Assembly (NCBI GenBank): GCA_044868695.1
Contig: JBIOWP010000076.1
Span: 1 to 52,358 of the forward strand
Length of the DNA: 52,358 nucleotides
Direction: 5' to 3'
DNA from: a bacterium
GTDB lineage: Bacteria > Sysuimicrobiota > Sysuimicrobiia > Sysuimicrobiales > Kaftiobacteriaceae
This document shows positions 45,247 to 52,358 of the stretch, in pieces. The first letter of the stretch is position 1; the number at the start of each line of letters is the position of its first letter. A model generated the notes under the pieces. That model saw nothing but the letters and a program-made list of their open reading frames with translations. It was not told where the DNA came from and made no database searches. A program made the translations under genes and the position numbers.

Positions 45247-47082
45247 ATGTGCGGCATCATGGGGTACGTGGGGCACCGCAGTGCGCTGCCCATCTTGCTT
45301 GATGGGCTGCGCCGTCTGGAATACCGCGGGTATGACTCGGCCGGTGTGGCCGTGCTGAACGGCGGCCACATCGAAGTGCGCAAGACGGCCGGCAAGCTCG
45401 CGAAGCTCGAGGGGATCGCCACCGGCCCGCACTTGGACGGGACCGTCGGCATCGGCCATACGCGGTGGGCGACGCACGGCCTGCCCACCGACGAGAACGC
45501 CCATCCCCATAGCGACTGTTCAGGCCGAGTCGTCGTCATCCACAACGGCATCATTGAAAACTTCCTGCCGCTGAAGGAAGCGCTACTGGCGCGCGGCCAC
45601 ACGTTCCGCTCTGACACCGACACGGAAGTCCTTGCCCACCTCATCGAGGAGGAACTCAACGGTTCCCAGTTGCCGCTGGAGGATGCGGTGCGCCGCGCCT
45701 TGCGTCAGACGGCAGGAGCGTATGCGATCGTGGTGTTGTGCAGCGACCAGCCCGACCGGATTGTGGCTGTCCGGCAGATCAGCCCGCTGATCATCGGACT
45801 GGGTGAGCGCGAGACAATTCTGGCCTCGGACATTCCGGCGCTGCTCTCGCACACCCGGGACGTGCTGGTGATCGAGGACGGTGAGATGGCGGTGATGACC
45901 GCGCGCGGCGCGAGCATCCAGCGCCTGGACGGGTCGCAGGTGGCGAAGCAACCGATGCACGTCACCTGGGACGCGCAGGCGGCGGAGAAGGGCGGCTACC
46001 CTCACTTCATGCTGAAGGAGATCCACGAACAGCCGCGCGCGCTGCAGGAGACGATGATGGGCCGGCTGGACGCGCCGGGTGCGCCGGAACTGGACGGGGT
46101 CAGATATACGCACGACGATGTGTCGCGGCTGCGTCAGATCTGGATCACCGCGTGCGGGACAGCCTATCATGCGGGGCTGGTCGGACGGTGGCTCCTCGAA
46201 CACTGGGCGCAGATCCCCGCCGAGCCGGAGCTGGCATCGGAGCTGCGCTACCGTGAGCCGCTGATCGGACCGAACACGCTGGCGATTGCGATCAGCCAGT
46301 CCGGAGAGACGGCCGACACTCTCGCCGCCGCCCGTGAAGCGCGCCGCCGGGGCGCGCGGGTCGCGGCGATCACCAATGTCGTCGGCAGCACCCTCAGCCG
46401 CGAGGCGGACGACATCCTGTACATCCGGGCCGGCCCGGAGATCGCGGTGGCCAGCAGCAAAGCGTATCTTACCATGCTCGTCGCGCTCCACATGATGGCG
46501 CTCGACCTGGGCCTGCGCCGCGGAGTGCTCAGCGCTCAGCGGGGCCAGGAGCTTATCGCGGGGCTGAAGGCGCTGCCCGGCAAGGCACAGGCGGCGCTGC
46601 GGCGCGAGGCCGAGGTCGCCGCCCTGGCCGCCCGGCTGGCGGACCGCGAGCACATGTTCTTCATCGGGCGCGGGCTGGACTATGCGGTGGCGATGGAGGG
46701 CTCGCTGAAACTCAAGGAGATTTCCTACGTGCACTCCGAGGCGCTTGCGGCCGGAGAGCTCAAGCACGGAACGCTGGCGCTGGTCTCGCCCGGCGTGCCG
46801 GTGTTCGCGCTGGTGACACAGCGGCCGGTGTATGAGAAGACGCTGTCGAATATCCAGGAAGTCAAAGCCCGCGGCGGCGAGATCATCGCGGTCGCCTACG
46901 ACGGCGACACAGAGATTGCCAAGCACGCGGACGTGGTCCTGCGGATCCCGGATGTGGAGGACGCGCTGGCACCGGTCCTGGCCATGATCCCGCTCCAGCT
47001 CTTTGCCTACTACGTCGCTCGCGAGAGAGGGAATGATATCGATCAACCGAGAAATCTGGCGAAGAGCGTCACCGTAGAATAA
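45247..47082 (+). CDS. glmS: Glutamine--fructose-6-phosphate aminotransferase
   Basis: GGAGAGG RBS; MCGI, LEYRGYDSAG, HTRWATHG, HNGIIEN, SQSGETAD, PRNLAKSVTVE. Confidence 0.98.
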   Translation: MCGIMGYVGHRSALPILLDGLRRLEYRGYDSAGVAVLNGGHIEVRKTAGKLAKLEGIATGPHLDGTVGIGHTRWATHGLPTDENAHPHSDCSGRVVVIHNGIIENFLPLKEALLARGHTFRSDTDTEVLAHLIEEELNGSQLPLEDAVRRALRQTAGAYAIVVLCSDQPDRIVAVRQISPLIIGLGERETILASDIPALLSHTRDVLVIEDGEMAVMTARGASIQRLDGSQVAKQPMHVTWDAQAAEKGGYPHFMLKEIHEQPRALQETMMGRLDAPGAPELDGVRYTHDDVSRLRQIWITACGTAYHAGLVGRWLLEHWAQIPAEPELASELRYREPLIGPNTLAIAISQSGETADTLAAAREARRRGARVAAITNVVGSTLSREADDILYIRAGPEIAVASSKAYLTMLVALHMMALDLGLRRGVLSAQRGQELIAGLKALPGKAQAALRREAEVAALAARLADREHMFFIGRGLDYAVAMEGSLKLKEISYVHSEALAAGELKHGTLALVSPGVPVFALVTQRPVYEKTLSNIQEVKARGGEIIAVAYDGDTEIAKHADVVLRIPDVEDALAPVLAMIPLQLFAYYVARERGNDIDQPRNLAKSVTVE

Positions 47083-47104
47083 CGACTACCCGGTGGGAGT
47101 CCCA

Positions 47105-47263
47105 GTGATCGACGAAGAGTTGCTTCAGATCTTGGCGTGTCCGGTAGACAAAGCCCCCGTTCAGCTGCTGGGTGATAGGCTGGTGTGTTCGAAGTGTGGG
47201 CGGCGCTATCCGGTCCGCGACGGTATCCCCGTCATGCTGGTTGACGAAGCCGAAACACCCTGA
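47105..47263 (+). CDS. Trm112/YcaR-like small zinc-ribbon protein (52 aa)
   Basis: GGGAG RBS, GTG 47105: MIDEELLQILACPVDKAPVQLLGDRLVCSKCGRRYPVRDGIPVMLVDEAETP; TGATG-coupled to acpS. Not in the ORF track. Confidence 0.9.
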   Translation: MIDEELLQILACPVDKAPVQLLGDRLVCSKCGRRYPVRDGIPVMLVDEAETP

Positions 47264-47646
47264 TGCAGATTCGCGGGGTGGGAATTGACATCGTCGAAGT
47301 CGCGCGGATCGAACACGCCCTGGACCGGTGGGGCGACGCCTTCGTTGCCCGGATCTTTACCACTGCCGAAGATGAACGCGCCCGGTCCCCCCGGGCCCGC
47401 GGCGCGCGGCTGGCCGCCCGGTTTGCGGCCAAGGAAGCGGTGATGAAGGCGCTGGGCCTGGGCTGGAGAGCTATGGGCTGGCGCGAGATCGAGATTCTCA
47501 ACGACCCGTTGGGCAAGCCCACGGTGACGCTCCGCGGCGGCGCCAAGCACGCCGCCGACCGCCAGGGAATCGCCACCGTCCTGATCTCCCTCTCGCATAC
47601 CCGCGACCTGGCGTTTGCCAGCGCCCTTGCCATCGAACGGACATAG
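47263..47646 (+). CDS. acpS: Holo-[acyl-carrier-protein] synthase
   Basis: GVGIDIVE, RFAAKEAVMKALG, GKP, ISLSH. Confidence 0.96.
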   Translation: MQIRGVGIDIVEVARIEHALDRWGDAFVARIFTTAEDERARSPRARGARLAARFAAKEAVMKALGLGWRAMGWREIEILNDPLGKPTVTLRGGAKHAADRQGIATVLISLSHTRDLAFASALAIERT

Positions 47647-47682
47647 GTTTCCTCGGTCTCGCCAGTCTCCATAGTCTTCGCT

Positions 47683-47697
47683 CTGGACCAGGTCCAG
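47683..47697. promoter_or_regulatory. Palindrome upstream of the sugar ABC operon (candidate operator or RNA hairpin)
   Basis: CTGGACC-A-GGTCCAG with perfect 7-bp arms. Confidence 0.35.
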
Positions 47698-47772
47698 CTC
47701 GCTTTCCCAGGAGTGGGTGGTGGGAAGGGGGAAGATGACTATGCCCCGACGATGGATGGAGGAGGCGGTAGC

Positions 47773-49077
47773 ATGAGGAGGAGTCAGACGAAGCTGCTCG
47801 TGTTGGTGCTCGGCATGCTGGCGATGGCGTCCACGACGATCGCCGCGCCCGGATTGCCGCCCAAGCCGGCCAAACTCACAATGGCCGTCGTGGCCGGCGG
47901 AGAGACCAAAGGGCTCAAGGCGATCCTCCCGATGTGGGAGCGCGAGATGGGGGTTAAGGTCGAGCTGGTCGAGTTCCCCTATCCTACCCTCTACGAGAAA
48001 CTGGTCACGGCGTTCCAGGCCAATGCCGCCACGTTCGACCTGCTCATCGCCGACGACCCGTGGATGCCGAAATTCGGCTCCGAAGGCTGGCTCGTGCCGT
48101 TGGATTCGACCTTCGGCTACAAGCGTGACAGCGACATCTTCCCGGTGGTCTACGATCTGGGATCCTGGCCGCCTCCGCGGGGCCCGGTGCCGCCCGGTGA
48201 AGCGAGCAAGCCGCGGCACCTCTATGCGATCACGCTGGTGGGCAACGTGGAGTTCTTCCTGTACCGCAAAGATCTCGTCTCCGCGCCCACGACCTGGACC
48301 GATGTCGTGGCGAACGCCAAGAAGGTCAACAATCCCGGCCAGCCCCTCTATGGGTTTGTGATCCGCGGCGCGAAGGGCAACCCGGTCATCTCGGAGTTCA
48401 CGCCGGTCCTGCTTTCCTACGGCGCCCGGATCTTCGACAATAACTGGCGCGTCGTCCTCAACTCCAAATCCGCCGTGGACGCGCTGACCTTCTTCACGCA
48501 AACTCTAAAGTCGTATGCTCCGCCCGGGGTCGCCAACTACGATGCCGCGGAGCGCGCGCGCGAGGTGGCCACTGGCCGCGCGGCCCAGGGCTTCATCTGG
48601 CCCGCCGAGATCACCGACATCGTGGAAAACCCCGCGGTGTCGAAGGTCGTCGGAAAGCTGGGGTACACGTTGGCGCCCGCGGGTCCGGGCGGCAAGCACG
48701 CGCCGCTGATCGGCAACTGGCTGCTGGCCATCCCCAAGGGCAGCAAGAACCAGCGGTGGGCGTACGAATTCATCTTGTGGGCGACCAGCGCGAAAGTGCA
48801 GAAGCCATACGCGATGGGCGGCGGCATCCCCTTCCGCAAGTCGGTGCTGCTCGACGCGCAGATGAACAAGACGTTCCCGTTCTTCAAGGCGATGGCGGAT
48901 TCGCTCGCGGCGCCGCCGGAGTGGCGCCCGCGGACGTCGGAGTGGTTTGCGGTCGAGGCCATCCTCGGCACGCACGTGAACGCCGCGCTGGCGGGGGTGG
49001 AAACCCCGCAGGAAGCCATCAGCAAGGCCGCCCGTGAAATCGAAGCCCATATGAAGGAGGCCGGCTACTATCGCTGA
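47773..49077 (+). CDS. Carbohydrate ABC transporter substrate-binding protein (CUT1)
   Basis: GGAGG RBS, signal peptide, FDLLIADDPW, LYRKDL, PTTW, GNWLLAIP, AYEFILW. Confidence 0.92.
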   Translation: MRRSQTKLLVLVLGMLAMASTTIAAPGLPPKPAKLTMAVVAGGETKGLKAILPMWEREMGVKVELVEFPYPTLYEKLVTAFQANAATFDLLIADDPWMPKFGSEGWLVPLDSTFGYKRDSDIFPVVYDLGSWPPPRGPVPPGEASKPRHLYAITLVGNVEFFLYRKDLVSAPTTWTDVVANAKKVNNPGQPLYGFVIRGAKGNPVISEFTPVLLSYGARIFDNNWRVVLNSKSAVDALTFFTQTLKSYAPPGVANYDAAERAREVATGRAAQGFIWPAEITDIVENPAVSKVVGKLGYTLAPAGPGGKHAPLIGNWLLAIPKGSKNQRWAYEFILWATSAKVQKPYAMGGGIPFRKSVLLDAQMNKTFPFFKAMADSLAAPPEWRPRTSEWFAVEAILGTHVNAALAGVETPQEAISKAAREIEAHMKEAGYYR

Positions 49078-49990
49078 GGCCGAGGCCCGGGGGCTCACCG
49101 CCCCCGGGCCTCTGTCCGCCCGCTCGAGGCGGTCGTGGACGCCCTACCTGCTGGTGGCGCCGCCGGTTCTGCTGCTGGCATCGCTGGTCCTCTACCCGCT
49201 GCTGTACAACGTAAACCTCAGCCTGCGCAACTACAGAACGGGCGAGTTCGTAGGGCTCCACAACTTCGCCCGGGCGCTCGGCGACCCGCAGTTCTTCGCC
49301 TCGCTGCAGGCAACGGCGATCTATGTCGCCGGGGCGCTGGTCACGGAGGTGGCGCTCGGCCTGGGGCTGGCACTGCTGATCCATCGCACGATCCGCAGCG
49401 GGTGGGCGCGGACGCTGGTCTACCTCCTGTTCCTCATCCCGATGGTGACCCCCCCGGTGGCGGCCGGCGTGATCGCACGGCTGATCTACACGCCGACCTA
49501 CGGGGTGCTGAACGTCCTGCTCCTGCGGCTGGGGGTGGTGTCCACCGACGTGTTGTGGCTGTCGGAGCCGGCGACCGCAATGTTCGCAGTGCTCAGCGTG
49601 GACGTCTGGCAGTGGATGCCCTTCGTCTTTCTGGTGTGCTTCGCGGGGCTGCAGGCCGTGCCGCTGGACGCGGTGGAAGCGGCGCGGGTGGACGGCGCCG
49701 GAGGGTGGCGGTTGTTCCGGCACATTGAGTTTCCGTACCTGCAGGCCCTGCTGCTCCTGGTCGTCGTCTTCCGGTTCACCGACACCTTCCGCGTCTTCGA
49801 CCACGTCCAGGTCCTGACCGGCGGGGGCCCGGGAGCCACTACGGAGTTTCTCAGCCTCTACCTGTATAAGATCGCGTTCAAGTTCTTCAACCTCAGCTAC
49901 GCCGCGGCGCTGTCTCTCTTCATCCTCTGTGTGACATCCATCGCGTTTTCGGTTCTCAGCGCTTACTTGGGCCGTGAGGCGACGGCATGA
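49070..49990 (+). CDS. Carbohydrate ABC transporter permease 1 (start uncertain: ATC 49070, CTG 49112 or GTG 49154)
   Basis: PYLLVAP, FVGLHNF, DVWQWMPF, EAARVDGA (EAA loop), LTGGGPG. Confidence 0.9.
   Translation: MAEAEARGLTAPGPLSARSRRSWTPYLLVAPPVLLLASLVLYPLLYNVNLSLRNYRTGEFVGLHNFARALGDPQFFASLQATAIYVAGALVTEVALGLGLALLIHRTIRSGWARTLVYLLFLIPMVTPPVAAGVIARLIYTPTYGVLNVLLLRLGVVSTDVLWLSEPATAMFAVLSVDVWQWMPFVFLVCFAGLQAVPLDAVEAARVDGAGGWRLFRHIEFPYLQALLLLVVVFRFTDTFRVFDHVQVLTGGGPGATTEFLSLYLYKIAFKFFNLSYAAALSLFILCVTSIAFSVLSAYLGREATA
49082..49112 (+). other. 13-bp GC-rich hairpin after the SBP gene (probable mRNA-stabilising stem-loop)
   Basis: GAGGCCCGGGGGC (49082-49094) / GCCCCCGGGCCTC (49100-49112); no U-tract. 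Confidence 0.7.
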
Positions 49991-50832
49991 GGCGGAAGTT
50001 CCCGCCCGCGCAGGTCGCGGCGGTCGGGATCCTGACCGTGTTGACCATCCTGTACCTGTTCCCGTTCTACTGGATGATCGTGACGGCGCTGAAACCGCTG
50101 CCCGAATTCTACCAGTTCCCACCGACGCTGCTCCCGGTGCACGCGACGGCAGGTCCGTTCTTCTCGGTACTGGTCTCCCGCGGATTCGTCGTCCTGCTGC
50201 GCAACAGTCTGTTCGCCTGCCTCAGCGCCGTGGGACTGAGCATCGTCGTCGCGATGCTGATCGCCTATCCGGTTACGCGGCTGCCGGTCTCGCCGGCGTT
50301 CCGCCGGGGGCTGATGAACTGGATTCTCAGCCTGCGGTTCCTGCCGCCGATCGTCGTGGTGATCCCATTCTTCGATATCGTGAGGAGGTTGGGACTGTAC
50401 GATAGCCTGTTCTCCCTCGTCCTGCTGTATTCGATCAGCGGCCTGCCGCTGGCGACGTGGATGCTGCGGGGATCGCTGCTGGAAGTGCCGCTGGAGCAGG
50501 AGGAGGCGGCGCTGGTCGACGGCGCCACGCGCGTGTACGCGTTCTTCAAGATTCTGCTGCCGCAGGTGGCCCCGGCGCTGCTCGCGACCGCGGTCATCTC
50601 CTTCGCGCTCGCGTGGAGCGAGTTCATGTTCGCCTTCATCCTGAGCGCGACGCCCCGGTCCCAGACGTTTCCGATCGGCGTCGCAAGCCTGGTGACGCAG
50701 TTCGAGATCATCTGGAACGAAATGGCCGCGGCGGGCACCATCGCGGCGGTCGTGCCCATCCTGCTGCTGCTGTTCGCCCGGCGGTATGTCCTGGTGGCGC
50801 TGACGTTCGGCGCCGTACGGGAAAAGGCGTGA
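49987..50832 (+). CDS. Carbohydrate ABC transporter permease 2
   Basis: PFYWMIVTALK, EEAALVDGA, WSEFMFA; ATGA coupling. Confidence 0.93.
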   Translation: MRRKFPPAQVAAVGILTVLTILYLFPFYWMIVTALKPLPEFYQFPPTLLPVHATAGPFFSVLVSRGFVVLLRNSLFACLSAVGLSIVVAMLIAYPVTRLPVSPAFRRGLMNWILSLRFLPPIVVVIPFFDIVRRLGLYDSLFSLVLLYSISGLPLATWMLRGSLLEVPLEQEEAALVDGATRVYAFFKILLPQVAPALLATAVISFALAWSEFMFAFILSATPRSQTFPIGVASLVTQFEIIWNEMAAAGTIAAVVPILLLLFARRYVLVALTFGAVREKA

Positions 50833-51608
50833 GCACGGGAATGAGGTGGCGCCTGTGCCCTGGGCTGGATGCGCTCTTCGCCGGGATGCCGGTGGAATCG
50901 GCCCTGCAGCTGGCTGCGGACGAGGGATGCGCCGGCGTCGAGTTTTGGGACTGGCGGGAGCGCGACCTCCACCTCGTGGCGGAGCACACGAGCTCCCTCG
51001 GCCTCGCCGTCACCGCGTTCAGCGGGACGACGTTTGACGAGCCGCTCCTGGATCCATCCGGGCACCCGGCTGCGCTGGCGCACCTCGCGGAGTCGCTGCA
51101 GGTGGCCCGGCGCCTGTCCACATCGCTGCTGGTCGTGCACGTGGGATACACGCAGTCGCACCGCGGGCGCCCGGAGCAGTGGCGGGCGGCGGTGGACGGT
51201 CTCCGGGAGGCGGGGATGCTGGCCGAACGCGCGGGTGTGACCCTTCTTGTGGAGCCGTTGAACTCTTTGATCGATCATCCCGGGTACTTTCTGGACACGC
51301 TGCCGGACGCCCTCGGGCTGCTGGGGGAGGTCAATCATCCGTCGGTGAGATTGCTGCTGGATGTCTACCACATGTGGGTGATGCACCACGACCTGCTGGA
51401 CCGGCTGGCCTCCGCCGCCGCGGCGATCGCGCACGTGCACGCGGCCGACGTCCCGGGCCGCGGGGAACCGGGCAGCGGCGTCATCCCCTGGGACGCCGTG
51501 CTTGAACGGCTGCTGGCGGGCGGGTATTCGGGGGCGATCGGTCTGGAGTGCTGGCCGACGCTCCCGGCGCAGGCCGCGCTGCGCCGGTGCGTCGAGGTGC
51601 TCGCGTGA
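50829..51608 (+). CDS. Hydroxypyruvate isomerase-like TIM barrel
   Basis: GTGA coupling; VEFWDW, LVEPLN..DHPGY, LLDVYH, HVHAADVPGRGEPGSG, GLE. Confidence 0.85.
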   Translation: MSTGMRWRLCPGLDALFAGMPVESALQLAADEGCAGVEFWDWRERDLHLVAEHTSSLGLAVTAFSGTTFDEPLLDPSGHPAALAHLAESLQVARRLSTSLLVVHVGYTQSHRGRPEQWRAAVDGLREAGMLAERAGVTLLVEPLNSLIDHPGYFLDTLPDALGLLGEVNHPSVRLLLDVYHMWVMHHDLLDRLASAAAAIAHVHAADVPGRGEPGSGVIPWDAVLERLLAGGYSGAIGLECWPTLPAQAALRRCVEVLA

Positions 51609-52358
51609 GCCGGCGGTTCGGATTGAACGGCGCCACGACCGGCGCGCACGATCTGCTGACCGACCTCCGGGCTGCGCACGACGCGGGCTACCAGGCCCTG
51701 GAGATCCGCGACACCAAGCTGGAAGCGTACCTGCGCGGGGGCGGATCGATCGACGCGTTCCGGTGCGCGCTGTCGGAGGCGGGGGTCGACGCGGCCAGCC
51801 TCAACGCCCTCGAGCGGTCGACGCTGGTCACGGGCGCGGATCTCGAGGCGGTGCTGCAGCGGTGCCGCGTGCTGTGCCAGTGGGCGGCGGCGCTGCGGTG
51901 TCCGTACGTGGTCGCCGTCCCCAGTTTCCTCGACGGCGTGCGCGATCGCGGCCGGGTGACCGATCTCACGGTGGCCTCACTGCGCGCGATGGCCGGCATC
52001 GGCGCGGCGCACGGGGTGCGCATCGGGTTTGAGTTCTTGGGATTCCCGGCGTGCTCGGTCAACACGCTGGGCGAGGCCCGGCGGATCGTCGAGGCTGTGG
52101 ACGACCGGGGCATCGGCCTGGTGATCGACGCGTTCCATTTCTACGCCGGCGGGTCGACGTGGGCGATGCTGGACGGTCTGCGGCCGGAGCGGCTGTTCCT
52201 CGTCCATCTGGACGATGCGGAGGACCGGCCCCGCGGCACGCTCACCGACGCGCACCGCCTGCTGCCCGGGGATGGGGTGATCCCGCTAGCGGAGCTGGTC
52301 CGGCGGTTGGAGGCGACCGGCTACCGCGGGGTCTACTCGATCGAGCTGTTCAGACCGG
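51605..52358 (+). CDS. iolI: Sugar phosphate isomerase/epimerase, IolI (inosose isomerase)-like; partial
   Basis: GTG 51605, open to the window end: LNGATT, LEIR, LNALE, YVVAVP, FEFLGFPACSVNT, IDAFHF, HLDDAED, LTDAHRLLPGDG, SIELFRP. Not in the ORF track. Confidence 0.8.
   Translation, partial: MSRRFGLNGATTGAHDLLTDLRAAHDAGYQALEIRDTKLEAYLRGGGSIDAFRCALSEAGVDAASLNALERSTLVTGADLEAVLQRCRVLCQWAAALRCPYVVAVPSFLDGVRDRGRVTDLTVASLRAMAGIGAAHGVRIGFEFLGFPACSVNTLGEARRIVEAVDDRGIGLVIDAFHFYAGGSTWAMLDGLRPERLFLVHLDDAEDRPRGTLTDAHRLLPGDGVIPLAELVRRLEATGYRGVYSIELFRP

Noticed and set aside
49082..49112. Intrinsic terminator after the SBP gene
   Set aside because: No U-tract, and it lies inside an operon; more likely a stabilising hairpin.

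Overview
High-GC bacterial chromosomal window, almost fully coding and dominated by cell-envelope genes. The gene set suggests a two-membrane member of the Terrabacteria (inference): Lpt/LpxB/MsbA-like genes sit alongside the Firmicutes-style cdaA-cdaR-glmM...glmS block. In order: the 3' end of an LptA/OstA-like gene, a Zn-dependent oxidoreductase, a moaD-moaE fusion, a PHP hydrolase and several secreted unknowns (0-8 kb); a Wzx/Wzy-type glycan locus with a methyltransferase, two alkaline-phosphatase-superfamily enzymes and a sat-cysC PAPS synthase but no recognisable sulfotransferase, then an ArnT-like GT (8.3-19.3 kb); a minus-strand glycolipid operon (LpxB-like, MsbA-like, GT2, and an O-antigen-ligase/LpxB-related fusion) divergent from an LptD-like gene and nucleotide-sugar genes (19.3-35.8 kb); two LysM-NlpC/P60 endopeptidases that flank rplM-rpsI and share an upstream motif; an arginine-synthetase-like gene coupled to argF; cdaA-cdaR-glmM-tagA, a glmS ribozyme, glmS, a Trm112-like gene and acpS; and a sugar ABC transporter with Hyi- and IolI-like isomerases. 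No CRISPR array, tRNA, rRNA or transposase was seen. Strongest leads: a possible non-canonical glycan sulfation system, the ligase/GT-B fusion in a possibly Kdo-free LPS-like pathway, the shared 43-bp autolysin motif, and a REP-like element inserted in-frame in the MoaD-MoaE linker. All family assignments come from motif recognition by eye; no database search was run.
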